In this document: piece by piece, positions 1 to 50,900 of the stretch
How positions within the stretch are numbered: position 1 is the first letter of the stretch
How the letters are laid out: each line of letters opens with the position of its first letter
Origin: Hormiphora californensis
Lineage: Eukaryota > Animalia > Ctenophora
Reading direction: 5' to 3'
Length of the DNA stretch: 64,000 bases
NCBI GenBank assembly: GCA_020137815.1
Contig: CM035362.1
Location: 5,766,001 to 5,830,000 of the forward strand
Notes under the pieces: model-generated
The model's input: the letters and a program-made list of their open reading frames with translations, nothing else
Told to the model about the DNA's origin: nothing
The model's database searches: none
Position numbers and translations under genes: made by a program

Positions 1-279
1 TGCTATAAGTTGCGTGTATTAGTGACTTAGTATCGAGTAATATTATTTTAACATTCATTATCGTTTGATAGTCGTTCTTTTTTCAGCCATGAAATACAGT
101 TTTAAGCAGGGCTTTTCCTGTGCAACTCTCGTGCCTAATGTCATTGTGTAGATTTATTTCTGTGCTTACTGTCCTTGCATCTCTCCAAGTTTTCCAACAC
201 CTCTCTGTGTGTATGCATAGTTGATGAGAGATAGATAGAGAAAGAAAGAGAAAGAGGGAGAGAATAAAGAGAGAGAGAG

Positions 280-320
<41 letters not shown>

Positions 321-341
321 TAGAGAAAGAAAGAGAAAGAA

Positions 342-372
<31 letters not shown>

Positions 373-847
373 GAGAGAGAGAGAATGTCATGTGCAATTT
401 ACTCAGCTATACATTTCATTCAACGTATGTGTGTGCTTGTCAAATTGTGTCGTTTCTATAATGTAGATCCTCTGGTATAATTCACTTCTCTTATAAAATC
501 TTCAAAGCGTGTCCCGTTATAATGATTATATTTACTCTTGATACTCTGCTCAGCACAAAGACACGTACGCATGATATATACCGGGTAGAAATCTAAAAAT
601 TGTTCCCTAATTTAAAACTTCTCGTTATAATACCTATGTAGTTATGGTAGAACATAGAATTTCGCCCTGATCTGTTCTGAGATCTCTTCCTCCCGGGCCT
701 TTTCCTATTATGTGCTATAATCTTATAATTTTTGTTTGTTTAAGGGGTCGACCCGGTTGTTTGTGTAAACATTGGGCCGTCGTCCGATCCATCTTTACTG
801 TTCATAACTCAATGCTGCGTGATCTCGCAATATCTCTATCCCTCTCT

Positions 848-943
848 CTATACTCCCCCTCCTTTAGAACTGGCGGTGAGAGAAAGAATAATAATGTATG
901 ATTCTTCTTTTCTCACCGCCAGTTCTAAAGGAGGGGAGTATAG
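848..943. mobile_element. Short hairpin MITE upstream of PRODH
   Basis: ctatactccccctcctttagaactggcggtgaga ... tctcaccgccagttctaaaggaggggagtatag. Confidence 0.65.
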
Positions 944-1127
944 CCTCTTGTATGCTTGAGGTATCTTGTAGCACCATTTAACCCTATGTTAAATGATTTT
1001 GTATCTCCTTATATAATGAATGTTCGTATCCTTTTATAACGAATCATTCCCTCCCTTTGTATATCTCACACTACGATTTGAAACTCTCCGATTGTAACAT
1101 TCCCTTTGGTCTCCCTGATTTAGTATC

Positions 1128-3156
1128 ATGTACAGGGTAGCAACCCTCTCCCGGCATGGCCCCCTTGGAGGAACAGTACCCCTGATCACACCCCTTGGAG
1201 CAGTACATCGGACACCCCTGCTGGTCACCATAACCCACAAATCAACCTCCACCGAACCGGTTGTTCTAAACTTTCAGGACACCAAAGCTGCCTATGCATC
1301 AAAATCTACTTTTGAGATTATCAGAGCTCAGCTAGTGTTGAAGATTTGTGGCCAGAGTTTGATAGTAGACAACAACGATAAACTGATGAAGTTTGGTAAG
1401 GCCATTCTGCCGGGTATCCTGTTTGAGCGGTTGATGAAGGCCACATTTTACGGTCAGTTCGTGGGAGGAACAGATGTGGAGGATCTGAGACCTAAACTAA
1501 TGAAAATGCAAGAGTATGGGGTGAAACCCATTTTGGACTACTCTGTTGAGGCAGATCTCGGGAGTGATGAGGCGAGTGAGGAAACAGAGCAACCGGTTAT
1601 TGATCCCGTCTTTCAACAAGACGATATATCCTCAGATAGGAGACAACATAAAATAGTGGCCAGGACCTATCCCTACAAAGGAGAGGAGTCTTGTGAGGCG
1701 AACCTGAAGATATTTACTGAGTGTCTGGAGACTGCCAGGGAAGTGTGCGATGAGGACCCGTTTGCTGCAATCAAAGTCACCGCCCTTAGCAAACCTAATG
1801 CATTGTTGGAGGGTTCTCAGTTCTTGTTTAACATCCGAACACTATTTGAGGAACACAGCACTGCCTACGCCGACACGGTCCCATCCACAGTTAATTTGGA
1901 GTTCCTACCCCGGGATGTTCTCGGTTCCAGGTCTCTTCTTAACATGCATAGGATGACGCGAGATCAGTTCGCAACCCTGACATCCTCCACCACACTAGAT
2001 GAAAGTACTAAAGAGGAGATATTCCTGTCAATGAAGCCTGATGAACTAGGTCGGGTTCCGTTCTATAAATTTAGGGAACAGTGCATGCCGGGTCCCCCTG
2101 TCCGTCCTCTCTACACAGCTCTCTGTAATGCTGGGGTCATCCAGCCCCTCTCCCAGGTAAACCTTTTTTTGGAAAAGAGGTTTAAAATTATACTGATAAC
2201 AATCAAATTATATATAAACACACTGTGGTAATAAATTAAACATACAATAAATTAATATCTATACTACTAGGTAAATCTAGATGCTCTCAATCGCCTGGAG
2301 GAGAGGTTGTTCAGGTTGAGTGAACTGGCAGTCAAATTGGATTCTAAACTTCTGGTGGATGCTGAACAGACCTACTTTCAGCCGCTCATAGACTTCCTTG
2401 CCAACAAAATGATGGCTCGGTACAACATAGATAAGGTTCACGTGTTCAACACGTATCAGTGTTATCTAAAGGCCACACCCAGTCAGTTGATTTACGATAT
2501 GGACAAATCCCGAGCTGTGGGGTACAAGCTGGGTGCTAAGTTGGTCCGGGGTGCGTATATGGAGCAGGAGAGAACGAGGGCAGAGAGTTTGGGATATGAG
2601 GATCCAATATACCCTAATAAGGCTCTGACAAACAGCTGCTATCATAACATGATTGAAGTCATCTTGAAACAGGTACTGCTATCGTTTTAACCGGATATTT
2701 TCCTCCTTACTTTCCTTCTAAATTCAATAATAAGAATTACTATCCTTATTAATTAACTCTTATTAATTAGATCTTATTAATTAACTCTTGTTAATTAACT
2801 AATTAATTATAATACCACAACCCCAGGTCGAGGATAAAAACGCAGAGGTCATGGTAGCATCTCACAACGAATTCTCAGTGCAATATGTGGTGGAACGAAT
2901 GCGACAACACGACATTCACCCCCGATACGGAGGGATCTACTTTGGACAACTCCTCGGAATGTGTGACCAGGTCACATTTCTCCTTGGAGCGGGGGGTTAC
3001 TCAAGTTATAAATATGTGCCTTATGGACCCGTGGACGCTGTGCTACCATATCTCTCAAGGAGGGCGTATGAGAATAAGGGAATGTTGCAGGGCAGTCAGA
3101 AGGAGATCGATTTGTTAAAGGGAGAGTTAAAGAGGAGGAGATGGGGGTTAAAGTAG
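1128..3156 (+). CDS. PRODH: Proline dehydrogenase, mitochondrial; 3 exons (1128-2156, 2271-2672, 2827-3156)
   Basis: ORFs carry PRODH motifs TFYGQFVGG, ILDYSVE, AAIKVTAL, LVDAEQTYFQP, NTYQCYLK, KLVRGAYMEQER, VASHN, FGQLLGM and YKYVPYGPV..VLPYLSRRA.EN. GT-AG introns join them in frame. Confidence 0.95.
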
Positions 3157-3606
3157 TGTATTTGTGTTTTGTGTGTTTAATATAGTGTCAGGCACCCCGA
3201 TTTACCGGACAAAAACCTTTCCCTCCGAGCATCCCGGTAAATCGGCGTCCGACTGCAGTACCAGATGTGTTTTGTGTTTTTTAAAGTTTCCGACCCTCTC
3301 TATCAGTTGATATAAACATGCGTTATATTGTTCAATCTAGACCCATCTAAACAGAGAATAATATATTTAAACCACATTGTCTAAAGTTCAATCTGGATTT
3401 GACAAACCCCGGTATACCTCGTATTTTGATGTTTCAAACTGCAAAATTCACTCAATCATTGAATTGATGCAAAATTCAAATAATCATGCAAAAATCTCAC
3501 CATCATTGAATTATATATTGCAAATTGGATAAATACCAACTAAATTTGTCCAGTTTGCAATTATCCATGCTGTGTGAATTTAACACCCCCCTGTGTGTTT
3601 TGACAG

Positions 3607-40834
<37,228 letters not shown>

Positions 40835-41853
40835 AAATCTGAGATAGAGAGAGATGAGACCAGGAACCGACCGAATCAGGAAATACTGGTCCCTGATTGG
40901 CTGTTAACCAGTCACGTGACCTAAATAACAAGTTCTGATTGGTTGTTTACTTGTGTCGGCCGGTTCCTGGATCAGACAATAGAGACCCGAACTAGAGACA
41001 GTGTTTCAGAGACGAAGAGCTGTGTATTGATGGCAGTTGTCATTATTTTATTTTGATTATTCTCACATCTTAAATACACGTCTATCATTGTTTAATGAGT
41101 ACCACAAATGACGTCAAATAACTTCGAATCAGCATTACTGACAGCCACGACCTGATCTGAGCACACTGTCGTCTGTCAATCAAAACGGGGTCTGGCGCCA
41201 GACAGTAATTCTCTAAAATAGTGTTGTCTGTGGTAACATGCGGAAGGGGTAGTTAGTTACCCCGGATATATCTCTCATATAACTAATGAGGGTCTAACTA
41301 AACACGTGGAAATGTGAATTGCAGCAGTATACATTTTACAGTACACGCCGAATTGTATACACTGACTGCGCGCGAGCTCCCCAACCCTCGAGTCGTGTGG
41401 CGACTAGTTGGGATGCTCGCGCGTTACTGCAAAGATCCACGATTCACTGTCAGAAAGTAATATTCCGGGGGATTATATTCCGCAGAATGCAGATCGGGGG
41501 GAGGGGATGATGGGGTATGTAGAAAATTACAAAAACCACCGAGATAAGACGTTATTCGTTATATCCATTCGGCTGACTATTTGTTGAAGTAGAAATAAGA
41601 AACGCATTGGTTATGTAAGTTGAAAACAAATAAAATCTTGGAAATAATCATTGAATATAATATTAACTGGGTTCGTGATACTGTGCAATAAAAAACTAAT
41701 CGCTCTCTACACTTTTGACCGATGAAAAACACACCAGAAAAAAAAATCAGAACTCTGATTTTAAGAAAAATCAAATAAAGAAAATGAATTATTATTTGTC
41801 CTGTCACTTCATCCGTCCTCTCGAATTATTTCGACCAACAAATAAAACCCCCC

Positions 41854-44643
41854 TCACAGATAAAATAGTTTATCCTTTAACTCAGGTGCTGCAGGGCCGT
41901 GTAAGTGTTGACCGTGCATGTAGGCTAGCTTGTGGGCATACAGACACACATTTGGAACACGGACTGTCCCTGCCACGTTATAATAGAGGTGGGTCAACTT
42001 GTATGCGAGTTGCTGAAATAATGGGTTTAGTTTAGTTTTGAGATTATCATCTTAGAATGGAATTTTAAAGTAAACCATATATTATATTGCACCAGATCTT
42101 GTTGAGTAACCCCTTACAATCAGATCACAAACATCACAGACCCCTACAGAGCAGGAACCGACCGAATTAAGTAAACAGCCAATCAGAACTCGTTATTTAG
42201 GTCACGTGACTGGTTATCAGCCAATCAGGGTCCAGTATTTCCTGATTCGGTCGGTTCCTGCTACAGAGTCTCAGAAACATCACAGACCCCCACAGAGTCT
42301 CAGAAACATCACAGACCCCCACAGAGTCTCAGAAACATCACAGACCCCCACAGAGTCTCAGAAACATCACACAAATTACCTGGACTTGGTCCGGTGTAAA
42401 CTCGACTGTATCATAAACCACGACATAATGGGTGGGTGAAACTGTGCCCTTATTTGATTGCTGAAATAGAAGGGGTCGTGTAGTTATTTTTGATGCATAA
42501 ACTGAGAACCCCGTCCCGAACTCTTACAATTCCAATCCATCACATCCACTGATGATTTCTCTCACCCCCTAATCTCCCACCTCGGACCCCCTAATCCCAT
42601 CTCCCGCCCCTAATCTCCCATCTCCAAACCGCTAACCCCCATCCAGTATTATCCAAAACCCCTATCTCCCACCCCCTAATCTCCAAAACCCCTATCTCCT
42701 ACCCCCTAATCTCAAAAACCCTAATCCCCCGCCCCCTAATCCTATCTCCCACCCCCTAATCTCCAAAACCCCTAATCCCCCACCCAGTATTATAACATAC
42801 CCCTAATCTCCCATCCCCAGCCCAGTATTATTCCATCTCCCCAACCCCTAATCTCCCTCCCAGTATTATCCCACACATTTCCATATACCTGACTGACAAG
42901 ATAAAAATCATAAAGATTGTTGCTGGATATCTCGCTATCTAAAACTGTCCCCGGTAATGGGTTTCGCACCTTGGAACCCTGCAAAGAAAATGGTGCCCTA
43001 AATTTAGGATTTTTTAGACTAACATGAAGATAAACTTTAGATTTTGGACAATTTATATTACAGTCCCCGATTTACAAGAATGATCGGGATTGAGGGTTTT
43101 GTATATAATCGGGGTGCCCAGTAAATCGGGGTCCCACTGTGTGTTACCTCAGACTGGAATAGCCTCGTCCTGATCTTCTTCTCGACGACAATTACCAACA
43201 ATCCAGGATTATATCCAGCCTCCATGGCCTCGAATGCCCTCTTGAACTGTTCAACCTGTATGTAGTTGCAGTTGGGATATTGGGGTAACTGAATACAGTT
43301 TATGATTAAACTAGCGCACCCATTGGGTGCGCCTCAAGTAAGGGCTTTTTGATAACCCACCCGGCTTCGCCGGGTGGATCTTTTCGTCACTTTCAACGTG
43401 AATAAAACGGTTGCCATGGCAACTGTATCGGTAACCATGAAGACTGGCATGTTAAAAGTCATTCGAAAATATTGACAAACTTCCACTGGGAGTTCCAAAA
43501 GTGTGAGCAACAGCTTTACAGCTTTGGGCACATGAAGTGTTTTATGAAGGAGCACTGTCGCTTAGATACCGCCTAACGAACGACTTCGACGACGTTCATC
43601 TCCAAATTATAATAGAGATTAATACAGTTTCAGTACCTAATGTTGTAACTTGTAACTGGATACAGTTTCAGTTTGTGATCAAAATAGTAAAATACAGTTT
43701 CAGTTTATGATTAAAATACAGTAATTTCAGTATAATGGGATAACAGAATACTACCTAGATCTAACCTTGAACACCAGACAGTGTTTTGATTTGTGACCCA
43801 AGGTATTATAAACTCAAATCTAATTTACCAGGGTATTATACTAATAAACTCAAATCTAATTTACCAGGGTATTATACTAATAAATTCAAATCTAAATGAC
43901 CAGGGTATTATACTATCTCTCTCTCTCTCTCCCCTTCTCTATATTATACTAATAAATTCAAATCTAACCTCGTAAGTGTTGACCATGTTATAATTCCCAT
44001 CTGATATTCCATCTCTGAACACTACAACTCTCTCTGGCAGGAACCCATTTTCAACGTGATAATTCCTTAGTGCACCTGGTATGAGGGGTAATAGGGTTGG
44101 AGAGGGATGGAGATAGAAGGAAATTTTGCACCTGAATGGGTGAATTGGACATGGAGGGAGATAAGACGCGAGGATAGGGGCGAATATACGGGGAATATAC
44201 TGGGCGAAATATGGAAGTTGAGGCCGTGGAACACTACTTTTTGCATATATAAATCCTGCCCCTTACTTGTCATGAGCTGTTGTAAATGTCCACTGAATTC
44301 AAAGCTCTTTCCCTCGCTAACAGAGTCACTGTAGAATTGAGATACATCCCGATCCTTACTGGCTACCAGAGCTAAAAAGAAGAAACGGTTAAGGGAATTG
44401 GAGTTAATGAACCTTTTTAAACTTAGGGTTGATAAAATATTATATGACGGGTATTTCATTATTTCCGTACAGAAACCCTTTTGAAATAGATAATTAGAGA
44501 GTAATTAAGTAATTAGAGAGTAATTAAGTACTAATTATACCTATAGCAGAGTTTCCACCCCCAGTGTTAGGATCATGGTATGCGTCAATACCAACAACCA
44601 TACACTTGGCGAGGGGTATCTTAACTGTCCAAAGTGCACCGCC

Positions 44644-44694
<51 letters not shown>

Positions 44695-44709
44695 TAGGAG
44701 AGAGAAGAG

Positions 44710-44758
<49 letters not shown>

Positions 44759-44943
44759 GAGAGAGAGAGAGAGATAGAAGAGAGAGAGGAGAGAGAGGAG
44801 AGAGAGAGATGAGAGAGAGGGGAGGGAGAGAGAGAGAGGAGAGAGAGAGAGAGAGCGGAGAGAGAGAGAGAAGGAGAGAGGTAGAGAGAGCGAGAGGCGA
44901 GAGAGAGGAGAGAGGAGAAGAAAAAAGAGAGAGAGAGAGCAGA

Positions 44944-44986
<43 letters not shown>

Positions 44987-47900
44987 GGTTGGTAAATTGG
45001 TGAATCTAGACATGCGGTTAGAAAATGGGGAAATGTATCATTTTTTAAAACCAGTTAAATCTGATAAATTAACCTATAACCGACTCTATCAAATGTTAGA
45101 TCTGGTATTACCTACCGAGTACACTGACACACACACACACACACACACACACCTACCGAGTTTGCTAATCATCTGTCCTGCTAGAGAGAGACACTTTGCC
45201 TTCAGAGTACTAGGTTGGGACAATGTAGCGGATCGAATGACCTGCTGGCCTACTGGTCTCCTTTGATAGCATAGCTGTTTGATGGCAGAGTACCGGTCAT
45301 CTCTCTCGCTAGGGACAACTGTTACAACCATTTGAACGCTGTCATCCAGGTATCGGTCTATCATACTGAGTAGGGGGAGAGGGTGTTATTGTGACACTAG
45401 GACAACTGTTACAACCATTTGACGCTGTCATCCAGGTATCGTCTATCATACTGAGTATGGGGTAGAGGGTGTTATTGTGACACTTGGGACAACTGTTACA
45501 ACCATTTGAACGCTGTCATCCAGGTATCGGTCTATCATACTGAGGAGGGTGGAGGGTGTTATTGTGACACTTGGGACAAACTGTTACAACCATTTGAACG
45601 CTGTCATCCAGGATCGGGTCTATCATACTGAGTAGGGGGAGAGGGTGTTATTGGGACACTTGGGACAACTGTTACAACCATTTGAACGCTGTCTCCAGGG
45701 ATCGGTCTATCATACTGGTAGGGGGAGAGGGTGTTATTGTGACACTTGGGACAACTGTTACAACCTTGACCGTCCCAGGTATCGTCTTCATACTGGAGGG
45801 GGAGAGGGTGTTATTGTGACACTAGGACAATGTTACAACCATTTGAACGCTGTCATCAGGTATCGGTCATCATACTGAGGAGGGGAGGGGTGTTATTGGG
45901 GACACTTGGGACAACTGTTACAACCATTTGAACGCTGTCATCCAGGTATCGGTCTATCATACTGAGGGGGGGAGAGGGTGTTATTGTGACACTAGGGACA
46001 ACTGTTACAACCATTTGAACACTGTCATCCAGGTATCGGTCTATCATACTGAGTAGGGGGAGAGGGTGTTATTGTGACACTTGGAACAACTGTTACAACC
46101 ATTTGAACGCTGTCGTCCAGGTATCGGTCTATCATACTGAGGAGGGGGAGAGGGTGTTATTGTGACACTTGGGACAACTGTTACAACCATTTGAACACTG
46201 TCATCCAGGTATCGGTCTATCATACTGAGTAGGGGGAGAGGGTGTTATTGTGACACTTGGAACAACTGTTACAACCATTTGAACGCTGTCATCCAGGTAT
46301 CGGTCTATCATACTGAGGAGGGGGAGAGGGTGTTATTGTGACACTTGGGACAACTGTTACAACCATTTGAACGCTGTCATCCAGGTATCGGTCTATCATA
46401 CTGAGTAGGGGGAGAGGGTGTTATTGTGACACTTGGGACAACTGTTACAACCATTTGGACGCTGTCGTCCAGGTATCGGTCTATCATACTGAGGGTGGGA
46501 GAGGGTGTTATTGTGACACTGGGAACAACTGTTACAACCATTTGGACGCTGTCCTCCAGGTATCGGTCTATCATACTGAGTAGGGGGAGATGGTGTTATA
46601 TTGTGACACTTGGGACAACTGTTACAACCATTTGAACGCTGTCATCCAGGTATCGGTCTATCATACTGAGAAGGGGGAGAGGGTGTTATTGTGACACTTG
46701 GAACAACTGTTACAACCATTTGGACGCTGTCATCCAGGTATCGGTCTATCATACTGAGGGGGAGAGGGTGTTATTGTGACACTTGGGACAACTGTTACAA
46801 CCATTTGGACGCTGTCATCCAGGTATCGGTCTATCATACTGAGGGGGGGGAGAGGGTGTTATATTGTGACACTTGGGACAACTGTTACAACCATTTGGAC
46901 GCTGTCCTCCAGGTATCGGTCTATCATACTGAGTAGGGGGAGAGGGTGTTATATTGTGACACTTGGGACAACTGTTACAACCATTTGAACACTGTCGTCC
47001 AGGTATCGGTCTATCATACTGAGTAGGGGGAGAGGGTGTTATTGTGACACTAGGGACAACAGTTACAACCATTTGGACGCTGTCGTCCAGGTATCGGTCT
47101 ATCATACTGAGTAGGGGGAGATGTTGTTATTGTGACACTTGGGACAACAGTTACAACCATTTGGACGCTGTCGTCCAGGTATCGGTCTATCATACTGAGG
47201 GGGAGAGGGTGTTATTGTGACACTTGGGACAACTGTTACAACCATTTGGACGCTGTCGTCCAGGTATCGGTCTATCATACTGAGTAGGGAGAGAGGGTGT
47301 TATTGTGACACTAGGAACAACTGTTACAACCATTTGAACGCTGTCATCCAGGTATCGGTCTATCATACTGTAGGGGGAGAGGGTGTTATTGTGACACTTG
47401 GGACAACTGTTACAACCATTTGAACGCTGTCCTCCAGGTATCGGTCTATCATACTGAGTAGGGGGAGAGGGTGTTATTGTGACACTTGGGACAACTGTTA
47501 CAACCATTTGGACGCTGTCATCCAGGTACCGGTCTATCATACTGAGGGGGAGAGGGTGTTATTGTGACACTTGGGACAACTGTTACAACCATTTGAACAC
47601 TGTCATCCAGGTATCGGTCTATCATACTGAGGGGGGGATGATGTTATTGTGACACTAGGAACAACTGTTACAACCATTTGAACGCTGTCCTCCAGGTATC
47701 GGTCTATCATACTGAGTAGGGTGAGAGGGTGTTATTGTGACACTTGGGACAACTGTTACAACCATTTGGACGCTGTCCTCCAGGTATCGGTCTATCATAC
47801 TGAGTAGGGGGAGAGGGTGTTATTGTGATAGAGTTGGGACAACTGTTACAACCATTTGGACGCTGTCCTCCAGGTATCGGTCTATCATACTGAGAAGGGG

Positions 47901-50900
47901 AGAGGGTGTTATTGTGACACTTGGGACAACTGTTACAACCATTTGAACGCTGTCATCCAGGTATCGGTCTATCATACTGAGAAGGGGGAGAGGGTGTTAT
48001 TGTGACACTTGGGACAACTGTTACAACCATTTGAACGCTGTCCTCCAGGTATCGGTCTATCATACTGAGTAGGGGGAGAGGGTGTTATATTGTGACACTT
48101 GGAACAACTGTTACAACCATTTGAACACTGTCATCCAGGTATCGGTCTATCATACTGAGTAGGGGGAGAGGGTGTTATTGTGACACTTGGATCAACTGTT
48201 ACAACCATTTGGACGCTGTCCTCCAGGTATCGGTCTATCATACTGAGGGGAGAGGGTGTTATTGTGACACTTGGAACAACTGTTACAACCATTTGAACGC
48301 TGTCATCCAGGTATCGGTCTATCATACTGAGAAGGGGGAGAGGGTGTTATTGTGACACTTGGGACAACTGTTACAACCATTTGAACACTGTCATCCAGGT
48401 ATCGGTCTATCATACTGAGGGGGAGAGGGTGTTATTGTGACACTTGGACAACTGTTACAACCATTTGAACGCTGTCATCCAGGTATCGGTCTATCATACT
48501 GAGGGGGAGAGGGTGTTATTGTGACACTTGGGACAACTGTTACAACCATTTGAACGCTGTCATCCAGGTATCGGTCTATCATACTGAGTAGGGGGAGAGG
48601 GTGTTATTGTGACACTTGGGACAACTGTTACAACCATTTGAACGCTGTCATCCAGGTATCGGTCTATCATACTGAGTAGGGGGAGAGGGTGTTATTGTGA
48701 CACTTGGGACAACTGTTACAACCATTTGAACGCTGTCATCCAGGTATCGGTCTATCATACTGAGTAGGGGGAGAGGGTGTTATTGTGACACTTGGGACAA
48801 CTGTTACAACCATTTGGAACGCTGTCATCCAGGTATCGGTCTATCATACTGAGTAGGGGGAGAGGGTGTTATTGTGACACTTGGGACAACTGTTACAACC
48901 ATTTGAACGCTGTCATCCAGGTATCGGTCTATCATACTGAGTAGGGGGAGAGGGTGTTATTGTGACACTTGGGACAACTGTTACAACCATTTGAACGCTG
49001 TCATCCAGGTATCGGTCTATCATACTGAGAGGGGGAGAGGGTGTTATTGTGACACTTGGGACAACTGTTACAACCATTTGGACGCTGTCATCCAGGTATC
49101 GGTCTATCATACTGAGGAGGGGGAGAGGGTGTTATTGTGACACTTGGGACAACTGTTACAACCATTTGAACACTGTCATCCAGGTATCGGTCTATCATAC
49201 TGAGTAGGGGGAGAGGGTGTTATTGTGACACTTGGGAACAACTGTTACAACCATTTGAACGCTGTCATCCAGGTATCGGTCTATCATACTGAGTAGGGGG
49301 AGAGGGTGTTATTGTGACACTTGGGACAACTGTTACAACCATTTGAACGCTGTCCTCCAGGTATCGGTCTATCATACTGAGTAGGGGGAGAGGGTGTTAT
49401 TGTGACACTTGGGACAACTGTTACAACCATTTGAACGCTGTCCTCCAGGTATCGGTCTATCATACTGAGTAGGGGGAGAGGGTGTTATTGTGACACTTGG
49501 GACAACTGTTACAACCATTTGAACGCTGTCCTCCAGGTATCGGTCTATCATACTGAGTAGGGGGAGAGGGTGTTATTGTGACACTTGGGACAACTGTTAC
49601 AACCATTTGAACGCTGTCCTCCAGGTATCGGTCTATCATACTGAGTAGGGGGAGAGGGTGTTATTGTGACACTTGGGACAACTGTTACAACCATTTGAAC
49701 GCTGTCATCCAGGTATCGGTCTATCATACTGAGTAGGGGGAGAGGGTGTTATTGTGACACTTGGGACAACTGTTACAACCATTTGAACGCTGTCATCCAG
49801 GTATCGGTCTATCATACTGAGTAGGGGGAGAGGGTGTTATTGTGACACTTGGGACAACTGTTACAACCATTTGAACGCTGTCCTCCAGGTATCGGTCTAT
49901 CATACTGAGTAGGGGGAGAGGGTGTTATTGTGACACTTGGGACAACTGTTACAACCATTTGAACGCTGTCATCCAGGTATCGGTCTATCATACTGAGTAG
50001 GGGGAGAGGGTGTTATTGTGACACTTGGACAACTGTTACAACCATTTGAACGCTGTCATCCAGGTATCGGTCTATCATACTGAGTAGGGGGAGAGGGTGT
50101 TATTGTGACACTTGGGACAACTGTTACAACCATTTGAACGCTGTCATCCAGGTATCGGTCTATCATACTGAGAAGGGGGAGAGGGTGTTATTGTGACACT
50201 TGGAACAACTGTTACAACCATTTGAACGCTGTCATCCAGGTATCGGTCTATCATACTGAGTAGGGGAGAGGGTGTTATTGTGACACTTGGGACAACTGTT
50301 ACAACCATTTGGACGCTGTCCTCCAGGTATCGGTCTATCATACTGTAGGGTGATGTTTTGATAGAGTTGGGCCTTATAAGTTATAGGGGGAGAATGGAGA
50401 TGATATATTGTGACAGGGTTGGGTCTGGTCAAACACTTGCATAGGCTAATTGGGAGGGTAATTGGTAGGTAATTGGTAGGGGGGGGGGGGGCATTTGGTT
50501 CCGCCGAGACAGTAAATCATCAGGATGAGTATTAATTTACCGATTTCATTTTTCGCAACTCACTCAATATATGTCAAGTCCACATAAATTGAGTGAGTTG
50601 CGAAAATGTAATCGTGGACTGGGGAGGTAATGGGGGGTATAGGTAGGGTATAGGTAGGGTATAGGTAGGGTATAGGTAGGGTTACCCTAATAGGTACTCA
50701 CTACTCACTCACTACACAAGTATTCTCTGATGAAATACAATTTGTATTGAAACATGTGTAAACTGTTGAACTAAAACTTCCTTGTTTTACTTGTTAATAG
50801 CTCCTCGCAACCGTGAGTAGAGCACTCTCCGGGACAAGGACCATCAACAATACTCACTCAATATATGTTTCTGTCCTATCGTTGGGAATTGGGAGAAGTG

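Noticed and set aside
83-397. SLSL/ERER/ETET ORFs (also 11592-11931, 44564-45013, 57081-57497, 60776-61608)
   Set aside because: Microsatellite artefacts.
45311-50346. CRISPR-like regular array
   Set aside because: Units are contiguous near-identical repeats without unique spacers, derive from a Piwi exon boundary, and have no cas genes nearby; the context is eukaryotic.
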